64,000 nucleotides of DNA. Origin: Bacillota bacterium (lineage in GTDB: Bacteria > Bacillota > Clostridia > Christensenellales > SZUA-584). Positions within the stretch are counted from its first letter, which is position 1, and every line of letters starts with the position of its first letter. The stretch covers positions 41,904 through 105,903 of the forward strand of contig JAEWRI010000021.1 in assembly GCA_023460085.1 (NCBI GenBank). Reading direction: 5' to 3'. The translations under genes were made by a program, and so were the position numbers. Under the pieces are notes generated by a model that saw only the letters and a program-made list of their open reading frames with translations, had not been told where the DNA came from and ran no database searches. Below are positions 45,661-54,805 of the stretch, in pieces.

Positions 45661-46191
45661 ATGAAAAATAAAAAAGCGGGCAGGTATTTGTTGCTGGCGG
45701 GACTCATTGTGGTGTTGGTCGCTGTAGGATGCATCAACTACTTCATCAGCAGCAACGCGGAAAAGAACCAGTCTGCCGCAGTATCGTCGTCCAGCGAGAT
45801 TTCCGGTGCGCTGCAGGCTGACGATCTCGCGGCGATGGCGGACGTGGATGATTTCGCCGTATTCAAGCAGGAGCGCGCGAGCAAGCGCGAAACGGAGATA
45901 TCCTATCTCGATACTGTCATCAATAACGACAACAGCGATGCAGACGACATCAAGGCGGCCAACGAGCGCAGGATGGCCATTGTGGCGGCGATGGAAGCCG
46001 AGACAACCATCGAAGGGTTGATAGTAGCGAGCTGTGATGTCAGCAATGCAATCGTCACTGTACAGGATGGTTCTGTCAACGTGGTGCTGGACGCTACCTC
46101 CATTACCAGCGAGCAGGCCGCGAAAGTATTGGAGATTGTACAGCAGGAGACAGACGAACCGGCGCAGAACATTAAAATCCTGTTGCAATGA
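45661..46191 (+). CDS. spoIIIAH: Stage III sporulation protein AH
   Basis: N-terminal TM followed by a SpoIIIAH-like soluble domain. Last gene of the operon. Confidence 0.75.
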   Translation: MKNKKAGRYLLLAGLIVVLVAVGCINYFISSNAEKNQSAAVSSSSEISGALQADDLAAMADVDDFAVFKQERASKRETEISYLDTVINNDNSDADDIKAANERRMAIVAAMEAETTIEGLIVASCDVSNAIVTVQDGSVNVVLDATSITSEQAAKVLEIVQQETDEPAQNIKILLQ

Positions 46192-46244
46192 TGTTGCGGG
46201 TGGTTTCAATTTCATGAAACTGCCATGAAAGAAACGATATCGGA

Positions 46245-46273
46245 TTGTATTTCAAAAAATCATCTGATATAAT
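46245..46273 (+). promoter_or_regulatory. Sigma-A-type promoter for the asp23 cluster
   Basis: TTGTAT, a 17-nt spacer, then TATAAT. Confidence 0.6.
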
Positions 46274-46324
46274 GTCCTCGAAATAAACTCCGGAGAAATC
46301 CCGGGGCAATGAGGTGACGGAAGC

Positions 46325-46717
46325 GTGAGCACCAGCGATATGAATACGCGCGAGGAGCAAAACGGCAGCATTTCCTTCGCGAACGACGTTGTCGCCACAA
46401 TCGCAGGTATCGCCACGGTGGAAGTAGAGGGCGTCGCGGGTATGAGCGGCGGCTTCTCGGGTGGCCTGGCGGAGTTGCTTGGCCGCAAAAATCTGACCAA
46501 AGGCGTCAAGGTGGAAGTTGGCAAAGAGGAATGTGCGGTCGATCTCTACATCATCGTGGAGTACGGCAGCGAGATTCCGGTGATGTGCCAGAAGATACAG
46601 ACGAACGTCAAGAAAGCGGTGGAGACGATGACCGGCCTGCGTGTCGTGGAAACCAACATTCACATACAGGGCGTTCGCGTGGGTAAAGAAACCGATGATG
46701 GAAAACGGGTGCACTAG
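46325..46717 (+). CDS. asp23: Asp23/Gls24-family envelope stress protein
   Basis: ISFANDVVATIAGIATVEVEGVAGM is the family signature. Start is GTG 46325; ATG 46340 is the alternative. Confidence 0.85.
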   Translation: MSTSDMNTREEQNGSISFANDVVATIAGIATVEVEGVAGMSGGFSGGLAELLGRKNLTKGVKVEVGKEECAVDLYIIVEYGSEIPVMCQKIQTNVKKAVETMTGLRVVETNIHIQGVRVGKETDDGKRVH

Positions 46718-46754
46718 CTCCCGTATTTTATGTACGAATGATTGAGGGTTCGAT

Positions 46755-47300
46755 ATGCGCATTTTCATGAGGATCGTATTGACACTGTACATATTGTGCG
46801 TCTTGTTTATTGCGGGCGTTACACTGGTCTGCGCGTGGCAGTTTATCCCGCAGACGCAGCCTGCCGCATGGCTGGACATGCTGTACAAGGATGCCGCAGT
46901 GCGTTTCTGGGTTTCGGTTGCGGGCGTGCTGATTATCGTTGTCAGCCTTGCGCTGATGTTTTCCGGCATCCGCAAGCGCAAACCCAAAACCGCGTTTATT
47001 GCGGATACGGGGAGCGGCGCGGTTTCCATCACCATCAGCGCGCTGGAGGAGATGGCGATGCGGCATATGCTCGCCGTGGATACGGTGCGCACGGTGAAGG
47101 CCTTTGTCGCCGTGCGGGATGGGAAGGTTAATATTACGGGAAGGCTGGCTGTCGCGGATGGCACCAACATTCCAGAGACGCTGCTGGTGCTGCAAAAGAG
47201 CCTGAAGGAGCATATTGAGACTTTGGCTGGCATTGGGGTCGGCCGCATTTCGCTGCTGGTTGAAAAGACCTCGCAGCTTGCAAAGGCGCGTGTTGAATAG
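46755..47300 (+). CDS. amaP: Alkaline-shock-response membrane anchor protein (AmaP-like)
   Basis: 181 aa. N-terminal TM helices followed by an Asp23-like soluble part. Adjacent to asp23. Confidence 0.6.
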   Translation: MRIFMRIVLTLYILCVLFIAGVTLVCAWQFIPQTQPAAWLDMLYKDAAVRFWVSVAGVLIIVVSLALMFSGIRKRKPKTAFIADTGSGAVSITISALEEMAMRHMLAVDTVRTVKAFVAVRDGKVNITGRLAVADGTNIPETLLVLQKSLKEHIETLAGIGVGRISLLVEKTSQLAKARVE

Positions 47301-47530
47301 TGCCGGATAAAGAGAATCGCTGGCTGAGTTTCTGGAAAGCGCATAAAGGTGCCATTATCGGCACAGGGCTGGGGCTGCTCACAGGTACGCTGATACTTGC
47401 GATCGGTTTTTTTCAGACGCTATTTCTCGTTATCTGTACCGGCATCGGCGCATTCATCGGCGCGCATGCGCGTGTGAAAAAACGTATCAAAGAGATTTTG
47501 GAAAGGATACTGCCCGACCTCTTTCGGTGA
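47300..47530 (+). CDS. DUF2273 small integral membrane protein
   Basis: 76 aa with two Gly-rich TMs (GAIIGTGLGLLTGTLILAIGFF, LVICTGIGAFIGA). Usual partner of asp23 and amaP. Confidence 0.6.
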   Translation: MPDKENRWLSFWKAHKGAIIGTGLGLLTGTLILAIGFFQTLFLVICTGIGAFIGAHARVKKRIKEILERILPDLFR

Positions 47531-47581
47531 GGCTGTGGCAGGCCGCAGAGGGACAGCGCTTTGCGGCAGGCGGAGGATGAT

Positions 47582-47992
47582 TTGAGCAGGAGATCGGCCC
47601 GGGACACGGCATTTCGGCTTTTCTACGAGTATTCCATCAACGGAGCGTTCAATCCCGCAACCATGGATGTGATGCGGGATTGTTTTGATAAAGGCATGAA
47701 CGACAACGCCTGGGTTTTTGTGCGCCGCATGATAGAGGTGTTTGAAGCGAACACCGCACAGGTGGACGAACTGATACAGCGCAACTCCAACAAGTGGAGC
47801 ATCACGCACATGGCAAAGGTGGAGCTCTCCATACTGCGCCTGGGTGTTTGTGAACTGAAGTTTCTGGACGGAGAAATTCCGCCCAGCATCACGATCAACG
47901 AGTGCGTTGAACTGGCCAAACGCTATGCCACCGAAAAATCGGCGAGCTTCGTAAACGGTGTTCTTGCCGCGGTGCTGACAGACGGGCAATGA
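47582..47992 (+). CDS. nusB: Transcription antitermination factor NusB
   Basis: SRRSARDTAFRLFYEY N-terminus and NECVELAKRY..E.SASFVNGVL C-terminus. TTG 47582 follows GGAGGA; the ORF is open from 47561. Confidence 0.85.
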   Translation: MSRRSARDTAFRLFYEYSINGAFNPATMDVMRDCFDKGMNDNAWVFVRRMIEVFEANTAQVDELIQRNSNKWSITHMAKVELSILRLGVCELKFLDGEIPPSITINECVELAKRYATEKSASFVNGVLAAVLTDGQ

Positions 47993-48936
47993 ACGGCAGC
48001 GTTTTCCTTGCGCTCGATTCGAGTTGCTATACGACCTCGTACGCGCTGTGGGCAAATGAAAGCGTGAAGCACGATGCGCGCAAACTGCTGGAGGTGCCGC
48101 AAGGCGCGCGGGGGCTGCGTCAGTCGGAGATGGTTTTTCAGCACGTACGCAACTACGGCATGCTGTTTTCCGATTTTCCGCATGAGGGACAGACCATCCG
48201 GGCCGTGGCATACAGTGAAAAACCCTGCCCGCGCGAAGGCTCCTACATGCCCGCTTTCCTCGCAGGAAAGTCACTGGCAGTGGCAATCGCCGCGTCGATG
48301 GGAGTTCCGGCCTACGCGCTGACGCATCAGCACGGACACATCTATTCCGGCTTCATCGGGAATGACATCCAAGACGGCGAATTCTGTGCTTTGCACGCAT
48401 CTGGCGGTACGCTGGACATTTTAAATGTGCATGTCGCACAGGGCATCGTAGAAACCATCACACCGATGGGCGGCACGGCAGACGTAACCTGCGGACAGAT
48501 CATCGATCGTATCGGTGTTGCCGCCGGTCTGGCGTTTCCCGCGGGTGCGGAGATGGAACGTGTGTATACACCAAACGGCATAAAGCTTTCGGTTCATGTA
48601 GAAGGGTTGAAAGCCAACCTGTCGGGAGCGGAGACACAGGCTATGCGGCTGCTGGAGAACGGCTGTGACAGGGCGAGTGTTTTCAGCGGCGTACTGGACT
48701 GCGCGGCGGAGACGCTGGCAGGGCTGACGGGAAACGCGCTGGAACAGACAAAGTCCGGACGCTTTCTGTTTACAGGCGGCGTTATCTGTAACCGCATCGT
48801 GCGTGAAAGGCTTCAGAAGGCCTGTGAAGACAGGGCAGCGCAGGCCATTTTCGCGCAAAAGCAATACTGCGGTGACAACGCGTGCGGGCTGGCGCTCGCC
48901 GCGCAAAGGGTATACGAAAGAGGGGAAAGCGCGTGA
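47989..48936 (+). CDS. TsaD/Kae1 (peptidase M22, ASKHA-fold) family paralog
   Basis: Blocks align by eye to TsaD: FLALDSSCYTTS, AVAYSEKPC, THQHGHI (HxxxH), HASGGT, GQIIDRIGVAAGLAFPAG, FTGGVICNRIVR and YCGDNACGLA. ATGA overlap with nusB and GTGA overlap with folD. Confidence 0.65.
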   Translation: MNGSVFLALDSSCYTTSYALWANESVKHDARKLLEVPQGARGLRQSEMVFQHVRNYGMLFSDFPHEGQTIRAVAYSEKPCPREGSYMPAFLAGKSLAVAIAASMGVPAYALTHQHGHIYSGFIGNDIQDGEFCALHASGGTLDILNVHVAQGIVETITPMGGTADVTCGQIIDRIGVAAGLAFPAGAEMERVYTPNGIKLSVHVEGLKANLSGAETQAMRLLENGCDRASVFSGVLDCAAETLAGLTGNALEQTKSGRFLFTGGVICNRIVRERLQKACEDRAAQAIFAQKQYCGDNACGLALAAQRVYERGESA

Positions 48937-49772
48937 CACTGATAGATGGCAAAGCCATATCGGCACAACTCCGGGAGATGCTGAAAACGCGGGTTAAGGC
49001 GCTTGCCGCGAAGGGCGTAACGCCCGGGCTCGCGGTGGTGCTTGTGGGCGACGATCCGGCTTCCGCGACGTATGTGAACAACAAGGAAAAGGCATGCCAT
49101 GAGCTCGGCATATTTTCCGTCGTTCACCGGCTTCCCGCGGAAACGACACAAGAGCAGCTCGTAGCGCTCGTCCATGAATTGAATGCCGACAGACGGCTGC
49201 ACGGCATACTCGTTCAGCTGCCTTTGCCGGGCCACCTTGATTCGCTGGCGGTGCTGCGAGAGGTCGACCCTGACAAGGATGTGGATGGACTGCACGTCGT
49301 AACGGCGGGCAGACTGCTGGTGGGAGAGAAGGGCTTCAAGCCATGCACACCCAAAGGAATCATTCACCTTATCAAAACCACGGGCGTTTCCATCGCGGGT
49401 AAGTCCGCCGTGGTGGTAGGGCGCAGCAACATGGTTGGCAAGCCGGTGGCGCTCCTGCTGCTGGAGGAGAATGCCACCGTGACGATGTGCCACTCAAAGA
49501 CACGGAATCTGGCCGCAGTCTGTGCGGAAGCGGATATTCTCGTCGCGGCGATTGGCAGACCGCGCATGCTGACCGGAGCGTTTATTAAGCCGGGCGCAAT
49601 CGTCATCGATGTGGGAACCACACGCGTGAACGGCAAGCTGACCGGGGACGTTGTATTTGAGGAAGCCGCGGAGAAGGCGGCGTATCTCACGCCGGTGCCG
49701 GGCGGTGTCGGACCGATGACCATCACCATGCTGATGGAAAACACCATAGAGGCGGCGGAAACGCGTGGCTGA
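48933..49772 (+). CDS. folD: Bifunctional methylenetetrahydrofolate dehydrogenase/cyclohydrolase
   Basis: LIDGKAISAQLRE N-terminus, ILVQLPLP, CTPKGI, VVGRSNMVGKP and PVPGGVGPMT. Confidence 0.92.
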   Translation: MTLIDGKAISAQLREMLKTRVKALAAKGVTPGLAVVLVGDDPASATYVNNKEKACHELGIFSVVHRLPAETTQEQLVALVHELNADRRLHGILVQLPLPGHLDSLAVLREVDPDKDVDGLHVVTAGRLLVGEKGFKPCTPKGIIHLIKTTGVSIAGKSAVVVGRSNMVGKPVALLLLEENATVTMCHSKTRNLAAVCAEADILVAAIGRPRMLTGAFIKPGAIVIDVGTTRVNGKLTGDVVFEEAAEKAAYLTPVPGGVGPMTITMLMENTIEAAETRG

Positions 49773-49773
49773 C

Positions 49774-50949
49774 ATGGTATTCAGCGTTGCTCAAATCAAT
49801 GAATACATCGGACGCAAGCTGAATCGCGATGCCTTTCTGAGCCGGGTATGCGTGGTGGGCGAGGCGACAAACTTTGGCATGTCATCGGTGGGGCATGCTT
49901 TCTTTTCATTGCGCGATGGAGACAATCTGCTTTCCTGCATCGCGTACGACTTTGCCAAAAGCGGACTGGAGGATGCGATCTCCGACGGCGCGCTGCTGAA
50001 GGCGTTTGGGCGCATCGCGTACTACAAGCGATCCGGGCAGGTACAGCTCGTCGTGGAGCATGCGGAGCTGCAGGGGGCGGGCGACATCTTCGCGCGTATA
50101 GAGCAGGTAAAGGCGAAGCTTGCGGCGGAAGGAATATTCGCCGAAGCCCATAAGAAACCGCTGCCCGCCTTTCCGCTGCATCTGGGCGTCGTTACCTCCA
50201 CCTCGGGCGCGGTCATGTACGATATCATCAACGTCGCGACGCGGCGTTTCGAAGGTGTGCATATCATTGTTTATCCGGTTCAGGTGCAGGGCATCTTAGC
50301 GGCGAGGCAGGTATGTGAAGGCATTGCGCATTTTAACGCGGCTCGCAACGCGGACGTAATCATCGTGGCGCGCGGTGGCGGTTCTTTTGAGGATCTGATC
50401 GCTTTTAACGAAGAAAGCGTCGCGCGCGCGGTATACGGCTCCGAAATCCCGGTCATTTCCGCGATCGGCCATGAAACGGACTATACGCTATGCGATATGG
50501 CAGCGGATCTGCGCGCCCCCACGCCCTCCGCGGCGGCGGAGCTGGCAGTGCCGGAAAAGCAGGCGGTGCGTGATTATATCGCGAGAAGCAGAGACGAGAT
50601 GCGGTTCGCGCTGCGCCGAAGAATCGAGAGCAGGGAGCGGGAGCTTTCCGCGATGCAGCTTGCCCTGAAGTCCGCCCCGCTCAGCCAGCGGGTAGAACAA
50701 ATTCGGCAGAGGGTTTCCTCGGACAGTGCGCTGCTGCGCAGCGCGATGCGATCCCGGCTGGAACGGGTCGCGCTGACCGTTGAAAAATACGCGGATACAC
50801 TGGGAACCCTGGATCCTCGCGGCGTACTGCGGCGCGGCTACGCCATTGTGCACAGCGCGCAGGGCGTGGTAACGACCAGCGTGCAGGCCGCGCGCGAAAT
50901 GGAAATCGAATTTGCAGACGGTCGCGTTGCGGTGACAAGAAAGGAATAA
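49774..50949 (+). CDS. xseA: Exodeoxyribonuclease VII large subunit
   Basis: FSVAQINEYI N-terminus, GVVTSTSGAV, ARGGGSFEDL and ISAIGHETD. Confidence 0.9.
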   Translation: MVFSVAQINEYIGRKLNRDAFLSRVCVVGEATNFGMSSVGHAFFSLRDGDNLLSCIAYDFAKSGLEDAISDGALLKAFGRIAYYKRSGQVQLVVEHAELQGAGDIFARIEQVKAKLAAEGIFAEAHKKPLPAFPLHLGVVTSTSGAVMYDIINVATRRFEGVHIIVYPVQVQGILAARQVCEGIAHFNAARNADVIIVARGGGSFEDLIAFNEESVARAVYGSEIPVISAIGHETDYTLCDMAADLRAPTPSAAAELAVPEKQAVRDYIARSRDEMRFALRRRIESRERELSAMQLALKSAPLSQRVEQIRQRVSSDSALLRSAMRSRLERVALTVEKYADTLGTLDPRGVLRRGYAIVHSAQGVVTTSVQAAREMEIEFADGRVAVTRKE

Positions 50950-50952
50950 CAT

Positions 50953-51141
50953 ATGGCGGATTTTGAGAGCGATCTCGCGAAGCTCCGGCAAATCACCGAA
51001 AAGCTCGGCACGGGCGAGGAAGGGCTGGAGAAGAGCATGGAGCTCTATACCGAGGGCATGAAGCTGGCGGATGAGCTCGGCAAGCGGTTGGACAAGTATA
51101 AATCGAAAATAGAAATCCTCGAAAGCGGTGATAAGGAATGA
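50953..51141 (+). CDS. xseB: Exodeoxyribonuclease VII small subunit
   Basis: 62 aa. FESDLAKLRQITEKLGTGEEGLEKSMELYTEGMKL is the XseB pattern. Confidence 0.88.
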   Translation: MADFESDLAKLRQITEKLGTGEEGLEKSMELYTEGMKLADELGKRLDKYKSKIEILESGDKE

Positions 51142-52019
51142 CCTCTGTCGAGGAATCGCTGCGCAGCACCGCGGCGCTTGTGGACGCCCGGCTGCCGGAG
51201 CTTGTGGAAAGCCTGTGCGCAGAGGGTACGCTGCGGGACGCGATGCTATACAGCCTGACCGCGGGCGGCAAGCGCCTGAGACCGTGGCTTTGTATCGAAG
51301 CAGCCCGTCTTTTTGGCGAAGCGGAGCAAGCGCTTGATTTCGCCTGTGCCATTGAAATGATTCATACCTATTCACTGATCCACGACGACCTGCCCGCAAT
51401 GGATAATGATGTGCTGAGGCGCGGGCGTCCCACGAACCATGTGGTGTTCGGCGAGGCCATGGCGATTCTCGCGGGGGATGCGCTGCTGAACGGCGCGTAT
51501 GAGGTGATGACGCGCTTCGCGCTCACGCACCAGGCGCTTAATGGTCTTCGCGCGATGGATATCATGGCGCGTGCCGCCGGCGCATCCGGCATGGTAGCGG
51601 GACAGGCCGGGGACATCGAATTTGAGTGCAAGGACAAGGACGAGCAGGTTCTGCACTACATCCACGAGCGAAAAACCGCGGCGATGATACGCGGCGCGCT
51701 GCTTTCCGGTGCGGCGCTCTTCGGCGCGGGCGAAGACGACATGGCGGCGCTTTCCGACTACGGACAGCGAATCGGCCTGGTGTTCCAGATTGTCGACGAT
51801 ATACTGGACGTAACCGGTGACGCGGCTACGCTAGGGAAGACGCCCGGCAAAGATGAGGCGGAAGGCAAACAAACGTTCGCTACTGTATATGGGATTGAGA
51901 CGGCACGACGCATCGCTTCGGAACAGACAGAGGCAGCCATAGAATCGCTTTTGCGTTATGATGTACGCGGGGAAGTGCTGCGCGGTATGGCGCTGTATTT
52001 GCTTTCGCGGGATCGGTAA
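51138..52019 (+). CDS. ispA: Polyprenyl (farnesyl/geranylgeranyl) diphosphate synthase
   Basis: First Asp-rich motif LIHDDLPAMDNDVLRRG and second motif FQIVDDILD. ATGA overlap with xseB. Confidence 0.88.
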   Translation: MTSVEESLRSTAALVDARLPELVESLCAEGTLRDAMLYSLTAGGKRLRPWLCIEAARLFGEAEQALDFACAIEMIHTYSLIHDDLPAMDNDVLRRGRPTNHVVFGEAMAILAGDALLNGAYEVMTRFALTHQALNGLRAMDIMARAAGASGMVAGQAGDIEFECKDKDEQVLHYIHERKTAAMIRGALLSGAALFGAGEDDMAALSDYGQRIGLVFQIVDDILDVTGDAATLGKTPGKDEAEGKQTFATVYGIETARRIASEQTEAAIESLLRYDVRGEVLRGMALYLLSRDR

Positions 52020-52241
52020 GCATGCCTCGTTCAAACGTTTGCGGCATAAAATTTTCCGTATAGGTTTCGGACAGTATTCGATGGAGAGGAGAAACGCATA
52101 CCGGGCATTCACACCGATTCATCCCTTGTAAACAGTGATAGAATACACGCTTCAAGCCCGACAGCAGGGCCTTTTTTATACCGTATAAAAGCAAGAGGGC
52201 ATGGGAAAAGATAGTCGTATCAAGCTTTCAGGAGATACGAC

Positions 52242-53015
52242 ATGCTCACGAATAAAGTGGAGATATGCGGCGTGGATACGTCGAAGCTGCCCGTAATGAA
52301 ACCCAAACAGATGACTGAATTGATGCTGAAGGTAAAGACGGGGGATCCGGCGGCGCGCGAAGAATTCATTAAGTGCAATCTCCGGCTGGTGCTGAGCGTG
52401 ATACAGCGCTTTACAGGACGCAGGGAGAACATGGACGACCTGTTTCAGGTGGGCTGCATCGGATTGATGAAGGCGATAGACAATTTCAACGTAGAGCTTG
52501 GCGTACGATTTAGCACTTACGCCGTTCCCATGATCACGGGCGAACTGCGCCGCTACCTGCGTGACAATAACAGCATTCGCGTTTCGCGATCGCTGCGCGA
52601 TATCGCGTATAAAGCGCTGCAGATACGCAATACGCTGTCCAAGAAAAACAGCAGCGATCCCAGCGTTGAAGCCATCGCTAAAGAGATGGGCGTCAGCGTG
52701 GAAGACGTGGTGTTTGCGCTGGACGCCATACAGGATCCGGTGTCGCTTTATGAGCCGGTTTATCATGACGGCGCGGACGCCATCTATGTGATGGATCAGC
52801 TTCAGGATAAGAGCGGCGCGGATGAGATGTGGCTGGAAGGCATTGCGCTAAAAGAAGCCATTGATAAGCTGGGAGATCGTGAAAAGAAGATAATCGATAT
52901 GCGCTTTTATCAGGGAAAGACCCAGATGGAGGTCTCCGAAGAAATAGGCATCAGTCAGGCGCAGGTATCGCGCCTGGAGAAAAACGCGCTGAAGAGCATA
53001 CGCAGGAGTCTGTAA
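52242..53015 (+). CDS. sigG: Sporulation sigma factor SigG
   Basis: NKVEICGVDTSKLPV...NLRLVLSVIQRF...DDLFQVGCIGLMKAIDNF...FSTYAVPMITGELRRYLRDNNSIRVSRSLRDIAYKALQ closely parallels B. subtilis SigG. Confidence 0.88.
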   Translation: MLTNKVEICGVDTSKLPVMKPKQMTELMLKVKTGDPAAREEFIKCNLRLVLSVIQRFTGRRENMDDLFQVGCIGLMKAIDNFNVELGVRFSTYAVPMITGELRRYLRDNNSIRVSRSLRDIAYKALQIRNTLSKKNSSDPSVEAIAKEMGVSVEDVVFALDAIQDPVSLYEPVYHDGADAIYVMDQLQDKSGADEMWLEGIALKEAIDKLGDREKKIIDMRFYQGKTQMEVSEEIGISQAQVSRLEKNALKSIRRSL

Positions 53016-53027
53016 CACGCCTCGGGG

Positions 53028-53053
53028 CCGTGCCGGGAGCACGGTCTTTTTTA
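53028..53053 (+). terminator. Rho-independent terminator after sigG
   Basis: CCGTGC-CGGGA-GCACGG followed by TCTTTTTT. Confidence 0.75.
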
Positions 53054-53104
53054 TTGCCCGTTTCATATGCTTATAGTGCGAGTGCAATAGTGCGAGGTGA
53101 TGTT

Positions 53105-53368
53105 ATGACACGGTTTTCAAAGCTGAGGCAGAAGGAGGTCGTCAACGTACAGGACGGCGCTCGCCTTGGCTTCATATGCGATTTGATTGTGGACCACTGC
53201 ACGGGTAAAATCTGCGGCATCGTCGTGCCGGGTCAGACGCGGTTTTCTTTCCTGTTCCGCGGTGAGCGAGATCAGGTAATACCATGGCGAAACATACGAA
53301 AGATTGGAGAAGACGTGATATTGGTGGAAATTGATGTAAACGGTATACCTAATTATCAGCAGGAGTAA
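53105..53368 (+). CDS. YlmC/YmxH-family sporulation protein (PRC-barrel)
   Basis: 87 aa. LRQKEVVNVQDGARLGFICDLIVD..TGKICGIVVPG ... IPWRNIRKIGEDVILV is the family pattern. Confidence 0.85.
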   Translation: MTRFSKLRQKEVVNVQDGARLGFICDLIVDHCTGKICGIVVPGQTRFSFLFRGERDQVIPWRNIRKIGEDVILVEIDVNGIPNYQQE

Positions 53369-53492
53369 TGGATTTGCAGGAGGATAGCACCCCCCCATTT
53401 TAGATATTGCTTTACATAAGACGCCAGATTTTGATAACATATCACATATTCCCCGAATTATCAGGATCAATCTGTATTTTGCCTGATGTCTG

Positions 53493-53501
53493 TGATATAA
53501 T
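53493..53501 (+). promoter_or_regulatory. Extended -10 promoter element upstream of nrdR
   Basis: TGATATAAT (TGnTATAAT), 27 nt upstream of the nrdR ATG. Confidence 0.45.
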
Positions 53502-53527
53502 ATACAAAAGCTGCGCGGGGGTGGGGT

Positions 53528-53983
53528 ATGAAGTGCATTTACTGCGGATATCTGGAAAGCAAGGTGGTCGATTCCCGGCCGACCGACGAGGGAAGCTCCA
53601 TCCGGCGGCGCCGGGAATGTCTGGCGTGCAAAAAGCGTTTTACCACGTATGAGAAGATTGACAGCCTGCCGCTGCTCGTCGTCAAAAAAGACGGTGAGCG
53701 CGTTCCCTTCGATTCGGACAAGATTAAGATAGGCGTTCTGAAAGCATGCGAGAAGCGCCCTGTGCCGATGCAGGAAATTGAAGCGCTGGTTGCCAGCGTG
53801 GAAAAAACCATATTCAACACGCTGCGGCAGGAAATCAGCTCCAAAGAAATCGGCGAATTGGTGATGAAGGGCCTAAAGGATTTAGACGACGTTGCCTATG
53901 TGCGGTTTGCGTCGGTTTATAAAGAATTCAAGGACGTGGACACGTTCATGAAGGAACTGCAGAGGTTATTGGCGGAAAAATGA
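53528..53983 (+). CDS. nrdR: Transcriptional repressor NrdR
   Basis: [42 protein letters not shown] zinc ribbon followed by an ATP-cone. Confidence 0.95.
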   Translation: MKCIYCGYLESKVVDSRPTDEGSSIRRRRECLACKKRFTTYEKIDSLPLLVVKKDGERVPFDSDKIKIGVLKACEKRPVPMQEIEALVASVEKTIFNTLRQEISSKEIGELVMKGLKDLDDVAYVRFASVYKEFKDVDTFMKELQRLLAEK

Positions 53984-54795
53984 ACGGATTTCAACAAGGA
54001 TTTACGCTGTGGAAGCGCGAAGGGGTACGGTTTCTGACGGTGCCGTCCTTCGAGCGCGCAGGCGGCGTGCGGTGCGCATTTTCCACCCGCGTGGGAGGAG
54101 TCAGCCCGGCACCGTATGATACATTGAATTTCAGCCGCAAGCGGGAACAAAATAAAGAGAATTTTATAGAGAATATGCGGCGCTTTGCAAGCGCGACAGG
54201 TTTCAATTACATGGATGCCGTAGTCATACGGTATGCGCATAGCCCCCTGCTTTACCGGGCGGAGAGCAAGGACGCAGGATGCGGCGTGGTGCGCGAGGGG
54301 CTGCCGGAAACCTGTGACGGACTATACACCGACACCCCGGGGCTTCCCATATTATCGATGCATGCGGATTGTGTTCCGCTGTTTTTTTATGACCCCGTGG
54401 GACGCGCGGCATCGGTATGTCATGCAGGGTGGAAAGGGACTTCGCAGCATATGGCGCGTAACGCACTGCAGGCGCTGCTGTCTCTTGGATGTTCTGCGAA
54501 AGATATATTGGCGGCGATAGGACCGTGTATCAGTGTGAAATACTATGAAGTGGGCGAGGAAGTCGCGGAGATTTTTGTCCGCGAGTTTGGCGATACGGTG
54601 ATTCAGCGGCGTGATGGAAGCTGCTACGCGGATTTAGCAGCAGCCTGTGCATTGGACATGCTGGAGACTGGAGTCCCGATGCAAAATATCACGCTTTCCG
54701 GCCTTTGTACTTACGGGCTGCCCAAACTATTCTATTCCCATCGGCGCGATCAGGGGCGCACAGGCGCAATGACCGCAATGATGGAACTGATTTGA
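53980..54795 (+). CDS. pgeF: Peptidoglycan editing factor PgeF / YfiH (DUF152) family
   Basis: [11 protein letters not shown] and VCHAGWKGT signature motifs. ATGA overlap with nrdR. Confidence 0.85.
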   Translation: MNGFQQGFTLWKREGVRFLTVPSFERAGGVRCAFSTRVGGVSPAPYDTLNFSRKREQNKENFIENMRRFASATGFNYMDAVVIRYAHSPLLYRAESKDAGCGVVREGLPETCDGLYTDTPGLPILSMHADCVPLFFYDPVGRAASVCHAGWKGTSQHMARNALQALLSLGCSAKDILAAIGPCISVKYYEVGEEVAEIFVREFGDTVIQRRDGSCYADLAAACALDMLETGVPMQNITLSGLCTYGLPKLFYSHRRDQGRTGAMTAMMELI

Positions 54796-54805
54796 GGTGA
54801 CATAT

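Noticed and set aside
52032-52041. Perfect palindrome CAAACGTTTG just after ispA, considered as another copy of the AACGTT-core operator.
   Set aside because: It shares only the central AACGTT. It is 30 kb from the LacI locus and is embedded in an imperfect hairpin (ATGCC...GGCAT followed by AAAATTTT), which more likely contributes to ispA 3'-end formation.
52020-52241. A riboswitch or other structured leader in the larger intergenic gaps (52020-52241, 22714-23025, 26236-26446, 29618-29875, 34721-34894).
   Set aside because: I recognised no conserved riboswitch cores (no T-box specifier/T-box sequence, and no TPP, SAM, FMN, cobalamin or glycine motifs). The gaps look like ordinary promoter/UTR DNA.
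53440-53510. AT-rich near-palindromes (ACATATCACATAT and TGTGATATAATATACA) upstream of nrdR, considered as NrdR boxes.
   Set aside because: They do not fit the NrdR-box consensus as I recall it (acaCwAtATaTwGtgt). The polarity of the outer triplets is reversed. The second element is explained more simply as an extended -10 promoter (TGATATAAT).
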